Assembly (NCBI GenBank): GCA_964525595.1
Contig: CAZGHF010000004.1
Coordinates: forward strand, 1-39,326
DNA: 39,326 bases
Direction: 5' to 3'
Source: an uncultured Candidatus Saccharibacteria bacterium
Lineage (GTDB): Bacteria; Patescibacteriota; Minisyncoccia; UBA6257; GWB1-50-10
Shown: positions 26,856-35,589 of the stretch, one piece after another
How positions within the stretch are numbered: the stretch's first letter is position 1
Layout of the letters: each line of letters opens with the position of its first letter
Notes under the pieces: model-generated
The model's database searches: none
What the model was told of the DNA's origin: nothing
Seen by the model: the letters and a program-made list of their open reading frames with translations, nothing else
Program-made: the position numbers and the translations under genes

Positions 26856-27722
26856 ATGAGCGATTACTACATTAAATATATCACTGGACCCGGGGGCCAA
26901 ATGGGTTATCCTGAAAACAACGGCTACCTTGTTGCTTTTGCTCCTAGACAAGAAAAACCCTGTAATCGTTTTAAGGAGTGTGATGGATTTCTTCTCTATG
27001 AAACTGGTCACAAAACAGGAGATAGGGCAGGGGCAAAGGCTATTTATGCCCGCGGAGTTGTTGCTGTGGACCAAAGCTCTTTTATTAATTTGCCGGAATT
27101 TGGCGTGGGAGAAAAATGGCCGTATGTGGTTAAAGTTAACATACAAAAAAGGGTTGATCCTGCGAAAGGAGTTCCTCAAAAAAGAATTGAAGAAATAGTT
27201 GGGAAAAAACTAAGAGATAAACCTGGCGGAATTTGGAAAATAACAAAAGAGGAGTTTGATGCGCTATCATCCGAACTCAATAATGCTCGGAGAGCATCGT
27301 TTTGGTTAAATAAAATTAAGCAAAAAATTAGGGGAGATATGAAGCCAAAAAAGTTTTACATAGGGGATTATAAGGAAGATGTAATAAAAGAAAATCACGG
27401 AGGGTGGTTTATTGGTAAGTTTATGGAGGTCGAACCGAGAAAAAATGACGAAGTAGAAGTTAAGTATTGGGAATTTGGGGTTGGAAATCCAAATCATGAC
27501 ACTAAAACATCTAAAACGATTGAGTGCACCCTCATTTTAGAGGGAGAAATAGAAGGCTATGTTGATGGTGAGAAGGTTAATTTGTATGGCGGTCAGTATA
27601 TTGTTATCAAGCCCGGCACGTCCAATGGTTTTCCCAAGAAAGTCTATAAAAGAGTAAGGGGAATAACAATTAAGGCACCCAGCGATCCTAGTGCTAAGAA
27701 AGTTTTAAAGTCGGAGAAATGA
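26856..27722 (+). CDS. EVE/PUA-like domain fused to a cupin domain (probably two fused genes; second ATG at 27339)
   Basis: N-half FLLYETG..AIYARGVV..WPYVVKV..ITKEEFDAL; C-half GWFIGKFM..EVKYW..ECTLILEG..YIVIKPG; internal GGGGAG-ATG. Confidence 0.55.
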   Translation: MSDYYIKYITGPGGQMGYPENNGYLVAFAPRQEKPCNRFKECDGFLLYETGHKTGDRAGAKAIYARGVVAVDQSSFINLPEFGVGEKWPYVVKVNIQKRVDPAKGVPQKRIEEIVGKKLRDKPGGIWKITKEEFDALSSELNNARRASFWLNKIKQKIRGDMKPKKFYIGDYKEDVIKENHGGWFIGKFMEVEPRKNDEVEVKYWEFGVGNPNHDTKTSKTIECTLILEGEIEGYVDGEKVNLYGGQYIVIKPGTSNGFPKKVYKRVRGITIKAPSDPSAKKVLKSEK

Positions 27723-27737
27723 TTGAGGAATAAAATT

Positions 27738-28514
27738 ATGGATCAAAAACTAACCTTTTCTAACTCCAGAGGCGATAAACTTATTGGTGTTCTTTCAAAT
27801 CCGACAGGGGATAAAACAAAGCCGATTGTTATTTTGGTTCACGGTTTCAACTCGAAGAAAGAAACTCGCAGCCTAGTTCAGCTACAGGAGATATTCGATA
27901 AGCAAGACCTGTCTTCGTTTAGGTTTGATTTGTATGGGCATGGAGAAAGCGAGGGTGAGTTTGAGAACATAACAGTAAGTGAGGCAGTTGACGATATTTT
28001 ACGAGCAATTATCTTCCTCAAAGCTGAGGGATATACTAGAATTGGTCTTGTTGGTTCAAGTTTTGGGGGATTGGCTAGCATAATCGCTACCTCACAGACG
28101 GAAGGCATTTTCGCACTTGCCCTCAAGGCACCTGTGTCTGATTATGAAGAAACACGACGTCTCAAGATAGGAGAAGAAGGTATCGAACAATGGGAAAAAG
28201 AAGGATATGCAATCTACGAGGGTAATGGTTACGAGAAATTAAAGTTGAATTACTCGTTTTTTGAAAATGCAGGGAAGAATAAAGCGTATACAGTTGCGCC
28301 TAGCATCAAAGTTCCTACACTCATTGTGCATGGTGACCAAGACAAAACAGTACCGATTAAGCAAAGCATTAAAACCATGAAACTGCTCCCAAAAGGCGAA
28401 TTGGTGACCATCAAAGGGGCATCACACAGCTTTGAAGGTGAATACTGGCAGCAAATGCTAGAAACTATATCGTCATTTATGATTCGACATGCAAATTCCG
28501 TTTCGGAGAAATGA
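27738..28514 (+). CDS. Alpha/beta hydrolase
   Basis: VILVHGF, RFDLYGHGESEG, GSSFGG nucleophile, HGDQD, GASH. Confidence 0.92.
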   Translation: MDQKLTFSNSRGDKLIGVLSNPTGDKTKPIVILVHGFNSKKETRSLVQLQEIFDKQDLSSFRFDLYGHGESEGEFENITVSEAVDDILRAIIFLKAEGYTRIGLVGSSFGGLASIIATSQTEGIFALALKAPVSDYEETRRLKIGEEGIEQWEKEGYAIYEGNGYEKLKLNYSFFENAGKNKAYTVAPSIKVPTLIVHGDQDKTVPIKQSIKTMKLLPKGELVTIKGASHSFEGEYWQQMLETISSFMIRHANSVSEK

Positions 28515-28543
28515 TTAAGGGGTAATCTGATATACTCAAGCCA

Positions 28544-29926
28544 ATGGGTAATAGCTATCTTGTTTCTACAAACCCCGCAAAAGGATACGAGGAAGTTGGC
28601 CGAGTGCCAGTTTCCACAAACGAAGAGATAACAAATGCGGTCAAGCAGGCGCACGAAGTATTTCCCGCATGGAAAGAATTACCAATCCGGGAGAGAATTA
28701 GGTATTTTAAAAAATTCCTTGAGCTATACGAAAAACAAATAGAGGAAATCGCAAAACTGCAGACGCAGGAAATGGGAAAACCGATTAAAGACTCTATAAG
28801 CGAATGCAGTAACGCTAAAGATTGGCTCGAATGGCAATTAGAGAACGCCCCAAAATTCTTAGAAACCCAAATTCTTGATAAGTTTGACGACTATCAAACA
28901 GAACTCCATTTTGAACCATACGGCGTTACAGCCTCAATTGCTCCATGGAACTATCCTACGTATCAATTCTTCCTTGCTGTTATGCAGCAATTATTAGTCG
29001 GTAATACCGTAGTTTTTAAGCACTCCGAGGAATGCCCGTTAACATCCCAAATTCTTGTGGAGCTAATGAACAAAACTAGTTTTCCAAAAGGTGTTTTTAG
29101 TTGTATTTATGGAAACGGACAAGTAGGGCAACAGCTTCTTGAACAAGACGTTAACCTCATTCACTTTACGGGTAGTTCTCGGATTGGTCAGTTGGTTTAC
29201 GAAGCGGCTGCTAAAAAGTTCATTCCAGCCGTTCTTGAAATGGGAGGATCTTCACCGGCAATCGTCTTTGACGATGCTAATCTCAAAAATACATGTGACT
29301 CCGTGTACGCCGAGCGCTTCGACAACTGCGGGCAAATCTGCTGCGCCCTTAAACGCCTAGTCGTCCACGAGAATATTCACGATAAGGTAGTTGAGCAACT
29401 TAAAGCCATTATTGAGTTACAGGTTGTGAGTGATCCATTAGACAAAAATACAACCATGGGTCCGCTTGTCGCAAAAAGACAACTTAACCTTTTAGAAGAA
29501 CAGGTAGACGATGCTAAAGCGAAAGGCGCTACTATTGTCGCCGGTGGCGAGAGACCAAGTGAGCTAAACGGAGCTTTCTATAAACCAACCCTCATCACCA
29601 ATACCACTCAAGACATGAAAGTTGTTAATGAAGAAGTATTTGGCCCAGTTCTCCCCGTTATTAAGTTTTCAAGCGAGGAAGAAGCTGTAAAAATAGCCAA
29701 TGACACCCCATACGGCTTAAGCGCTTTTGTGTATACTGATGATTCTAAACGTGCAGATAGAGTAGCGAAGAAACTTGAGGCCGGACAAATAAGTATTAAT
29801 GGATGTTCATACTTCTCAAGTCATGCCCCATTTGGCGGCTACAAAAAATCAGGCATCGGCCGTGGTGATGGAAAATATGGTTACTACAACATAACGCAGA
29901 TGAAAGTAATTTCTCGCCCATGTTAG
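28544..29926 (+). CDS. Aldehyde dehydrogenase family protein, copy 1
   Basis: PWNYP, FTGS, LEMGG, GQIC, EEVFGPV, YGLSA, PFGGYKKSGIGR. Confidence 0.95.
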   Translation: MGNSYLVSTNPAKGYEEVGRVPVSTNEEITNAVKQAHEVFPAWKELPIRERIRYFKKFLELYEKQIEEIAKLQTQEMGKPIKDSISECSNAKDWLEWQLENAPKFLETQILDKFDDYQTELHFEPYGVTASIAPWNYPTYQFFLAVMQQLLVGNTVVFKHSEECPLTSQILVELMNKTSFPKGVFSCIYGNGQVGQQLLEQDVNLIHFTGSSRIGQLVYEAAAKKFIPAVLEMGGSSPAIVFDDANLKNTCDSVYAERFDNCGQICCALKRLVVHENIHDKVVEQLKAIIELQVVSDPLDKNTTMGPLVAKRQLNLLEEQVDDAKAKGATIVAGGERPSELNGAFYKPTLITNTTQDMKVVNEEVFGPVLPVIKFSSEEEAVKIANDTPYGLSAFVYTDDSKRADRVAKKLEAGQISINGCSYFSSHAPFGGYKKSGIGRGDGKYGYYNITQMKVISRPC

Positions 29927-30020
29927 CGAGATGAAATAGGATTAAAGCAGTTCCAATGTCGTCCCAGGGCTCAGCACCTCACTCCACCAAAAAATTAGGG
30001 GAGTGATAGAATGAATTTAT

Positions 30021-30650
30021 ATGAAAAAAGAAATTACCCCAAAAGATAGTCGTTATATTCCGTTCACACAACAGCATTCCTGCTGTGTGCCGACGTGCAT
30101 TCTCATGATCATGTACAAGCATGGTATTCCACTTATACCCCAAGAACTTCTCGGTCATCACTTGGGATTAATCGTTGAAGAGGAGAATAAAAATCTTTTT
30201 TGGCACGTTCGCACTGGCGTTCGGCCAGAAAGGGGCTGGGGTACTCAGATGTACAGAGAAGAATACGAACCGAACACCGTTTTTTCAAAACTTGGTATAC
30301 CGTTACATGTTATATCTCGTTCAGTAAGCTCCTTTGATAATAACGGCTTTAGAAAATTTTTAATTGATGTGGTCGAGCAAGATAGAGATGTACTTGTTAA
30401 CTTTGATCACACGCACTTAAATAAGAAAAAAGGGAGCCGCCAAGGCCACGTCTGTATACTTGATCGGGTATATCCAGACAAAAACCAAGTTCGGCTTATT
30501 GACCCATCATCTAAACAGCCGAAGTGGAGAATAGTGAACATCGATGAACTCAAAGAGGCAATGGAAGCACACGAGGGTTTCTTTTTTGAGTTTGAGTTAA
30601 AGAGAAGAATTACTAAAATTAACAAACGCTACGAGAAGGAAGAAAAATAA
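30021..30650 (+). CDS. Papain-fold (C39/phytochelatin-synthase-like) peptidase
   Basis: FTQQHSCCVPTCILM, GHVCIL, LIDP: Gln-Cys-His-Asp arrangement. Confidence 0.55.
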   Translation: MKKEITPKDSRYIPFTQQHSCCVPTCILMIMYKHGIPLIPQELLGHHLGLIVEEENKNLFWHVRTGVRPERGWGTQMYREEYEPNTVFSKLGIPLHVISRSVSSFDNNGFRKFLIDVVEQDRDVLVNFDHTHLNKKKGSRQGHVCILDRVYPDKNQVRLIDPSSKQPKWRIVNIDELKEAMEAHEGFFFEFELKRRITKINKRYEKEEK

Positions 30651-30653
30651 TTG

Positions 30654-30690
30654 CCCACCCCTCCTTCGCTAAGGCTACGGGCGGGCAAGC
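30654..30690 (+). repeat. REP-like GC-rich hairpin element
   Basis: CCCACCCCTCCTTCGCTAAGGCTACGGGCGGG, nearly identical to the core of the 13448/21831 inverted repeats. Confidence 0.85.
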
Positions 30691-30719
30691 AAAAAATTAA
30701 GGGGATGTATAATGAATTT

Positions 30720-31055
30720 ATGGACCTAAAAGAATTACTACAATTTATCACTATCGAAGATGAAAGGTTGAAAAAATATTACGGAAATTATCCCGACCAA
30801 GAAAAAAGGATACTTGCCAGGACTGTGAAATTGTCGGAAGAATTGGGTGAGCTTTGCGATGAGATTTTATCTTTTAACGCTATGCAAAGAAAAGATAAAA
30901 TGGAAAATTATGACGGCGAGAATTTATCCGAAGAATTCGCCGATGTTTTAATAACCACCTTATTGCTTGCCAAAGCTATAGATGTTGACATTGAAGAAGC
31001 ATTAAAGAAAAAAATTACTAAAATTAACAAACGCTACGAGAAGGAAGAAAAATAG
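30720..31055 (+). CDS. MazG-like NTP pyrophosphohydrolase
   Basis: KLSEELGELCDEI..LSEEFADVLI, two ExxE/ExxD helices. Confidence 0.85.
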   Translation: MDLKELLQFITIEDERLKKYYGNYPDQEKRILARTVKLSEELGELCDEILSFNAMQRKDKMENYDGENLSEEFADVLITTLLLAKAIDVDIEEALKKKITKINKRYEKEEK

Positions 31056-31096
31056 TCACCCGCCAAAAAATTAGGGGAGTAGGTCAGAATAGATTT

Positions 31097-31657
31097 ATGA
31101 CAAAAGAGGACATTCAAGTAGTTAATGAAGACGACCAGGTTATTGGTCATAAATCCAGGTCTGAGGTTGATTCTGCGGGGGATACTTACCGCGTATCTGC
31201 CCTTTGGGTTACTAATAAGAAAGGTGATGTTTTAATTGCTCAGAGAAAGTTAACGAAGAAGCATTGTCCCGGCAAATGGGGTCCGGCCGTTGCCGGAACC
31301 GTTGACGAAGGCGAGACATATGAAAGCAACATATATAAGGAAGCGGAAGAAGAGATCGGACTGAGAGATGTTAAGTTTGAACTTGGCCGGAAACGGAGAA
31401 GATATAAACCTCATTCCCACTTTACTCAGTGGTTTTTAGTGACTCTTGACCGTGATATTAATGATTTTAAACTTTGTGAGGACGAGGTGGAAAAACTAGC
31501 CTGGATTCCAAAAAAAGAACTGCAGGAGGACATTGATAAGAACCCCGAAAAGTATTTACCGTCAATGCCCGAAATCGTTAAAACTTTTTCTAAACCCGCC
31601 CCTCCTTCTCCGGCAGTCGCCGGATACGGGCGGGCAGGCAAAAAATTAGGGGAGTAG
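31097..31657 (+). CDS. NUDIX hydrolase (IDI-like)
   Basis: VVNEDDQVIG, LIAQR..PGKWGPAVAGTVDEGETY..KEAEEEIG. Confidence 0.9.
   Translation: MTKEDIQVVNEDDQVIGHKSRSEVDSAGDTYRVSALWVTNKKGDVLIAQRKLTKKHCPGKWGPAVAGTVDEGETYESNIYKEAEEEIGLRDVKFELGRKRRRYKPHSHFTQWFLVTLDRDINDFKLCEDEVEKLAWIPKKELQEDIDKNPEKYLPSMPEIVKTFSKPAPPSPAVAGYGRAGKKLGE
31595..31639 (+). repeat. REP-like hairpin variant inside the NUDIX 3' end
   Basis: CCCGCCCCTCCTTCTCCGGCAGTCGCCGGATACGGGCGGGCAGGC. Confidence 0.75.
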
Positions 31658-31661
31658 GCTT

Positions 31662-32288
31662 ATGTCAGATAATTTTATAAGATTGAATACTGTTTTTAAG
31701 TTGCCTGACGATGTGGCAAGAGAAGCAATAGCTTTAAGTCGTGAAATTGGCGGAAAGAATGAAGCGTTTTTTGTTTTGGATGATATTCAATTCCTTCCTC
31801 ACATAACGATTTACTCACCCGAATATCCTAAAAAGAATTTGGATAAAGTTTTGAAGAAAGTTGGAGAAATTGCCAACAATACGGAAAAAGTTAATTTGAT
31901 ATCAAAAGAAATAAGTAGCGGCGAGAGATTTATCATTGTAGAGTTTGATTATACACAGGCGATTAAGAAAATTCACGAGGAAGTTGTGCTGACGATTAAC
32001 TCTTTAAGAGAAGGACGTTTATGGGAGAAATATACTTCTGGTGATTATAAAATAAAATTTAATCCAGAACAGCAAAAGAATATTGAGAAGTACGGATACC
32101 CCAACTCGATGAGTTTATATCTTCCCCATTTAACGATCATTAGATTAAAGGATGAATTGTCGGCTGGAGCCATATCAAAAAATATTAAGTGGAGTATTCC
32201 CAGATTTACAGTTGATAAAATTGCCATTTATGAAATGGGGAAGCACGGTACTTGTAAGTCGTTAGTTAAAGAATTTAAGCTGAAATAA
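31662..32288 (+). CDS. 2H phosphoesterase (2'-5' RNA ligase-like)
   Basis: Two HxT motifs: PHITIY and PHLTII. Confidence 0.75.
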   Translation: MSDNFIRLNTVFKLPDDVAREAIALSREIGGKNEAFFVLDDIQFLPHITIYSPEYPKKNLDKVLKKVGEIANNTEKVNLISKEISSGERFIIVEFDYTQAIKKIHEEVVLTINSLREGRLWEKYTSGDYKIKFNPEQQKNIEKYGYPNSMSLYLPHLTIIRLKDELSAGAISKNIKWSIPRFTVDKIAIYEMGKHGTCKSLVKEFKLK

Positions 32289-32369
32289 CCCACCGAAAAA
32301 TTAGGAAAGACATGACTAGGGGGTAGGTGATAATTGATAGGTGATAGGGAAAATGGTATTATCATACAT

Positions 32370-32585
32370 ATGAAGAAGATCATCTTTAAAAATACAGTGT
32401 GGAAAGAGAGCAAGTACTATGTAGCCCAGTCATTGAACGTTGATGTTTCAAGCTTTGGTAAAACCAAAAAAGAAGCTCTTAAAAACTTGAGTGAGGCGCT
32501 GGAGCTTTATCTTGAAGACGCGAAAAAATCGGACATTACCAAAGTTGAGCGGCCGGAGCTGGTTGCGCTCTCCGTAGATGCCTAA
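32370..32585 (+). CDS. hicB: HicB-family antitoxin
   Basis: YVAQSLNVDVSSFGKTKKEALKNLSEALELYLED. Confidence 0.85.
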   Translation: MKKIIFKNTVWKESKYYVAQSLNVDVSSFGKTKKEALKNLSEALELYLEDAKKSDITKVERPELVALSVDA

Positions 32586-32793
32586 ACTGTATTCCTCGGC
32601 ACACATTGTTAAGGTCCTTCAGGAAGAGGGCTTTTTCTATGTTTCGCAAAAAGGAAGCCATGCAAAATTTAGGAAACGGGTTGGCACCAAAGTGTATACG
32701 GTTATTATTCCGGTGGGCCGCAAAGAGGTACCCCGTGGTACATTTAGCTCAATATTGAGACAGTCGGGGTTAAAGGAAGGAGATTTTAAATAA
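32578..32793 (+). CDS. hicA: HicA-family mRNA interferase toxin
   Basis: VKVLQEEGF..SQKGSHAKF..IIP..EVPRGTFSSILRQSG; overlaps hicB. Confidence 0.88.
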   Translation: MPKLYSSAHIVKVLQEEGFFYVSQKGSHAKFRKRVGTKVYTVIIPVGRKEVPRGTFSSILRQSGLKEGDFK

Positions 32794-32819
32794 TAAATCT
32801 ATCCGCCGAAAAATTAGGT

Positions 32820-33536
32820 ATGAATAAATCAATTTTAATTATTGTTATTGCGGTTTTGGTTGGGTTGGGAGGCGGATTTTTGTTGAATAAGAGCAGGGCG
32901 CCGGAGAAGGCGGCCGATGATGATTTGCATACTGTTTTGGAAGTGATTGACGGGGACACTCTGGCGATAGAGGATAGCAAAAAGGTGCGGCTTTTGAGTA
33001 TTGATGCGCCGGAGAGGGGAAGCTGTTACTACCAAGAATCGCGGGAGGCGCTAAGGGCGCTAATCGGCGAGAATCCTGTGAGGTTGGAGAAGGACATATC
33101 GAACGTTGATAAATACGGCCGGCTCTTGCGGTACGCGATAATACCGGTTGAGGGCGGGGACAACATCTTAGTGAACGAATATCTTGTCCGGGAGGGTTTT
33201 GCGGTGGAGAGCGGCAAGTCGCCGGATAATCGTTACGAAAGATTTTTTATGTCGGCTGAGGAAGAGGCAAGAGAGAATAAACGGGGTTTGTGGGGCGCTT
33301 GCGAGATTGAGGAAGGAGATGAAGCCGAGCTTCGGGAAATAGACGCTGAGCCGCCGAGTCCGGATTGCATCATAAAAGGGAATATATCGGAGAAGGGTTA
33401 TGGAATGACGTATTTGGTGCCGGGGTGCGACAATTACAACCGGGTGAAAATTGATTTGCGGAAAGGGGAGAAATATTTTTGTTCAGAGGAGGAAGCGGTT
33501 AAGGCGGGATTCAGGAAAGCGACAAATTGTCCGTAA
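32820..33536 (+). CDS. Thermonuclease (SNase-like), membrane-anchored/secreted
   Basis: VIDGDT, VRLLSIDAPE, DKYGRLLRY, NEYLVREGFA, AEEEARENKRGLW; C-terminal IKGNIS..FCSEEEAVKAGFR. Confidence 0.92.
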   Translation: MNKSILIIVIAVLVGLGGGFLLNKSRAPEKAADDDLHTVLEVIDGDTLAIEDSKKVRLLSIDAPERGSCYYQESREALRALIGENPVRLEKDISNVDKYGRLLRYAIIPVEGGDNILVNEYLVREGFAVESGKSPDNRYERFFMSAEEEARENKRGLWGACEIEEGDEAELREIDAEPPSPDCIIKGNISEKGYGMTYLVPGCDNYNRVKIDLRKGEKYFCSEEEAVKAGFRKATNCP

Positions 33537-33585
33537 TGACGACTTATGACTTATGACGTATAACAAATTGGAGTAGAATTAAGGG

Positions 33586-34968
33586 ATGAATAATAACCAT
33601 CTCGTCTCTACAAATCCCGCAAAAGGATACGAGGAAGTTGGCCGAGTGCCAGTTTCCACAAACGAAGAGATAACAAATGCGGTCAAGCAGGCGCACGAAG
33701 TATTTCCCGCATGGAAAGAATTACCAATCCGGGAGAGAATTAGGTATTTTAAAAAATTCCTTGAGCTATACGAAAAACAAATAGAGGAAATCGCAAAACT
33801 GCAGACGCAGGAAATGGGAAAACCGATTAAAGACTCTATAAGCGAATGCAGTAACGCTAAAGATTGGCTCGAATGGCAATTAGAGAACGCCCCAAAATTC
33901 TTAGAAACCCAAATTCTTGATAAGTTTGACGACTATCAAACAGAACTCCATTTTGAACCATACGGCGTTACAGCCTCAATTGCTCCATGGAACTATCCTA
34001 CGTATCAATTCTTCCTTGCTGTTATGCAGCAATTATTAGTCGGTAATACCGTAGTTTTTAAGCACTCCGAGGAATGCCCGTTAACATCCCAAATTCTTGT
34101 GGAGCTAATGAACAAAACTAGTTTTCCAAAAGGTGTTTTTAGTTGTATTTATGGAAACGGACAAGTAGGGCAACAGCTTCTTGAACAAGACGTTAACCTC
34201 ATTCACTTTACGGGTAGTTCTCGGATTGGTCAGTTGGTTTACGAAGCGGCTGCTAAAAAGTTCATTCCAGCCGTTCTTGAAATGGGAGGATCTTCACCGG
34301 CAATCGTCTTTGACGATGCTAATCTCAAAAATACATGTGACTCCGTGTACGCCGAGCGCTTCGACAACTGCGGGCAAATCTGCTGCGCCCTTAAACGCCT
34401 AGTCGTCCACGAGAATATTCACGATAAGGTAGTTGAGCAACTTAAAGCCATTATTGAGTTACAGGTTGTGAGTGATCCATTAGACAAAAATACAACCATG
34501 GGTCCGCTTGTCGCAAAAAGACAACTTAACCTTTTAGAAGAACAGGTAGACGATGCTAAAGCGAAAGGCGCTACTATTGTCGCCGGTGGCGAGAGACCAA
34601 GTGAGCTAAACGGAGCTTTCTATAAACCAACCCTCATCACCAATACCACTCAAGACATGAAAGTTGTTAATGAAGAAGTATTTGGCCCAGTTCTCCCCGT
34701 TATTAAGTTTTCAAGCGAGGAAGAAGCTGTAAAAATAGCCAATGACACCCCATACGGCTTAAGCGCTTTTGTGTATACTGATGATTCTAAACGTGCAGAT
34801 AGAGTAGCGAAGAAACTTGAGGCCGGACAAATAAGTATTAATGGATGTTCATACTTCTCAAGTCATGCCCCATTTGGCGGCTACAAAAAGTCAGGCATCG
34901 GCCGTGGTGATGGAAAATATGGTTACTACAACGTAACGCAGATGAAAGTAATTTCTCGCCCACGTTAG
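33586..34968 (+). CDS. Aldehyde dehydrogenase family protein, copy 2
   Basis: Near-identical to 28544-29926. Confidence 0.95.
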   Translation: MNNNHLVSTNPAKGYEEVGRVPVSTNEEITNAVKQAHEVFPAWKELPIRERIRYFKKFLELYEKQIEEIAKLQTQEMGKPIKDSISECSNAKDWLEWQLENAPKFLETQILDKFDDYQTELHFEPYGVTASIAPWNYPTYQFFLAVMQQLLVGNTVVFKHSEECPLTSQILVELMNKTSFPKGVFSCIYGNGQVGQQLLEQDVNLIHFTGSSRIGQLVYEAAAKKFIPAVLEMGGSSPAIVFDDANLKNTCDSVYAERFDNCGQICCALKRLVVHENIHDKVVEQLKAIIELQVVSDPLDKNTTMGPLVAKRQLNLLEEQVDDAKAKGATIVAGGERPSELNGAFYKPTLITNTTQDMKVVNEEVFGPVLPVIKFSSEEEAVKIANDTPYGLSAFVYTDDSKRADRVAKKLEAGQISINGCSYFSSHAPFGGYKKSGIGRGDGKYGYYNVTQMKVISRPR

Positions 34969-34972
34969 CGAT

Positions 34973-35572
34973 ATGAAAAAACAGGTAATACTAATTCACG
35001 GGGGAACGGCCTTTGACACATACAAGGATTATTTATCGTTTTTGAAAAGGCAAAAAATTGATTTGGAGAGATTCAGGCAGGAAAAATGGGCCAGTTCCTT
35101 GAGGGTGAAACTTGGCAGGAGTTTCGATGTTCTGTTACCAAAAATGCCGAATCCGGCAAATGCCAAATATGAAGAATGGAGGATTTTATTCAGAAAAATT
35201 GCACCGGCTCTGAAAAACAACGTTGTTTTAGTCGGCCACTCCCTCGGAGCAATATTTTTGGCAAAATACTTGTCGGAAAATAAGTTTCCGAAAAAGATTC
35301 GGGCGACGTTTCTCATTGCGCCGCCGTATGACGACAAAAATATGGAAGAATCGTTGGGAGATTTCAAGTTGCCCAAAGGCTTGAAAAGGTTGGAAAAGCA
35401 GGGTGGTAAGATTTTTCTATATCACAGCGAGGACGATAAAGTCGTTCCATTTTCCCACTTGGGAAAATACAAAAAAGTCCTACCTAATGCCACTGTTAGG
35501 AAATTCAAGAAAAAGGGCCATTTTAGCCAAGCGAGCTTTCCGGAGTTAGTAAAAGATATTAAGTTGCTTTAA
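34973..35572 (+). CDS. RBBP9/YdeN-family alpha/beta hydrolase
   Basis: VILIHGG, MPNP, LVGHSLG, HSEDDKVVPF, GHF. Confidence 0.88.
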   Translation: MKKQVILIHGGTAFDTYKDYLSFLKRQKIDLERFRQEKWASSLRVKLGRSFDVLLPKMPNPANAKYEEWRILFRKIAPALKNNVVLVGHSLGAIFLAKYLSENKFPKKIRATFLIAPPYDDKNMEESLGDFKLPKGLKRLEKQGGKIFLYHSEDDKVVPFSHLGKYKKVLPNATVRKFKKKGHFSQASFPELVKDIKLL

Positions 35573-35589
35573 CCGCTAGCCAATAGCTT

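Larger units (their letters stand above)
26825..28520 (+). repeat. Three copies of junction repeat (AAAG)TCGGAGAAATGATTRAGG
   Basis: 26825-26847 and 27707-27729 identical over 23 bp; 28503-28520 variant; each sits at a gene boundary. Confidence 0.85.

Noticed and set aside
26825-32818. CRISPR array
   Set aside because: Repeats are short, degenerate and separated by gene-sized intervals; no cas genes.
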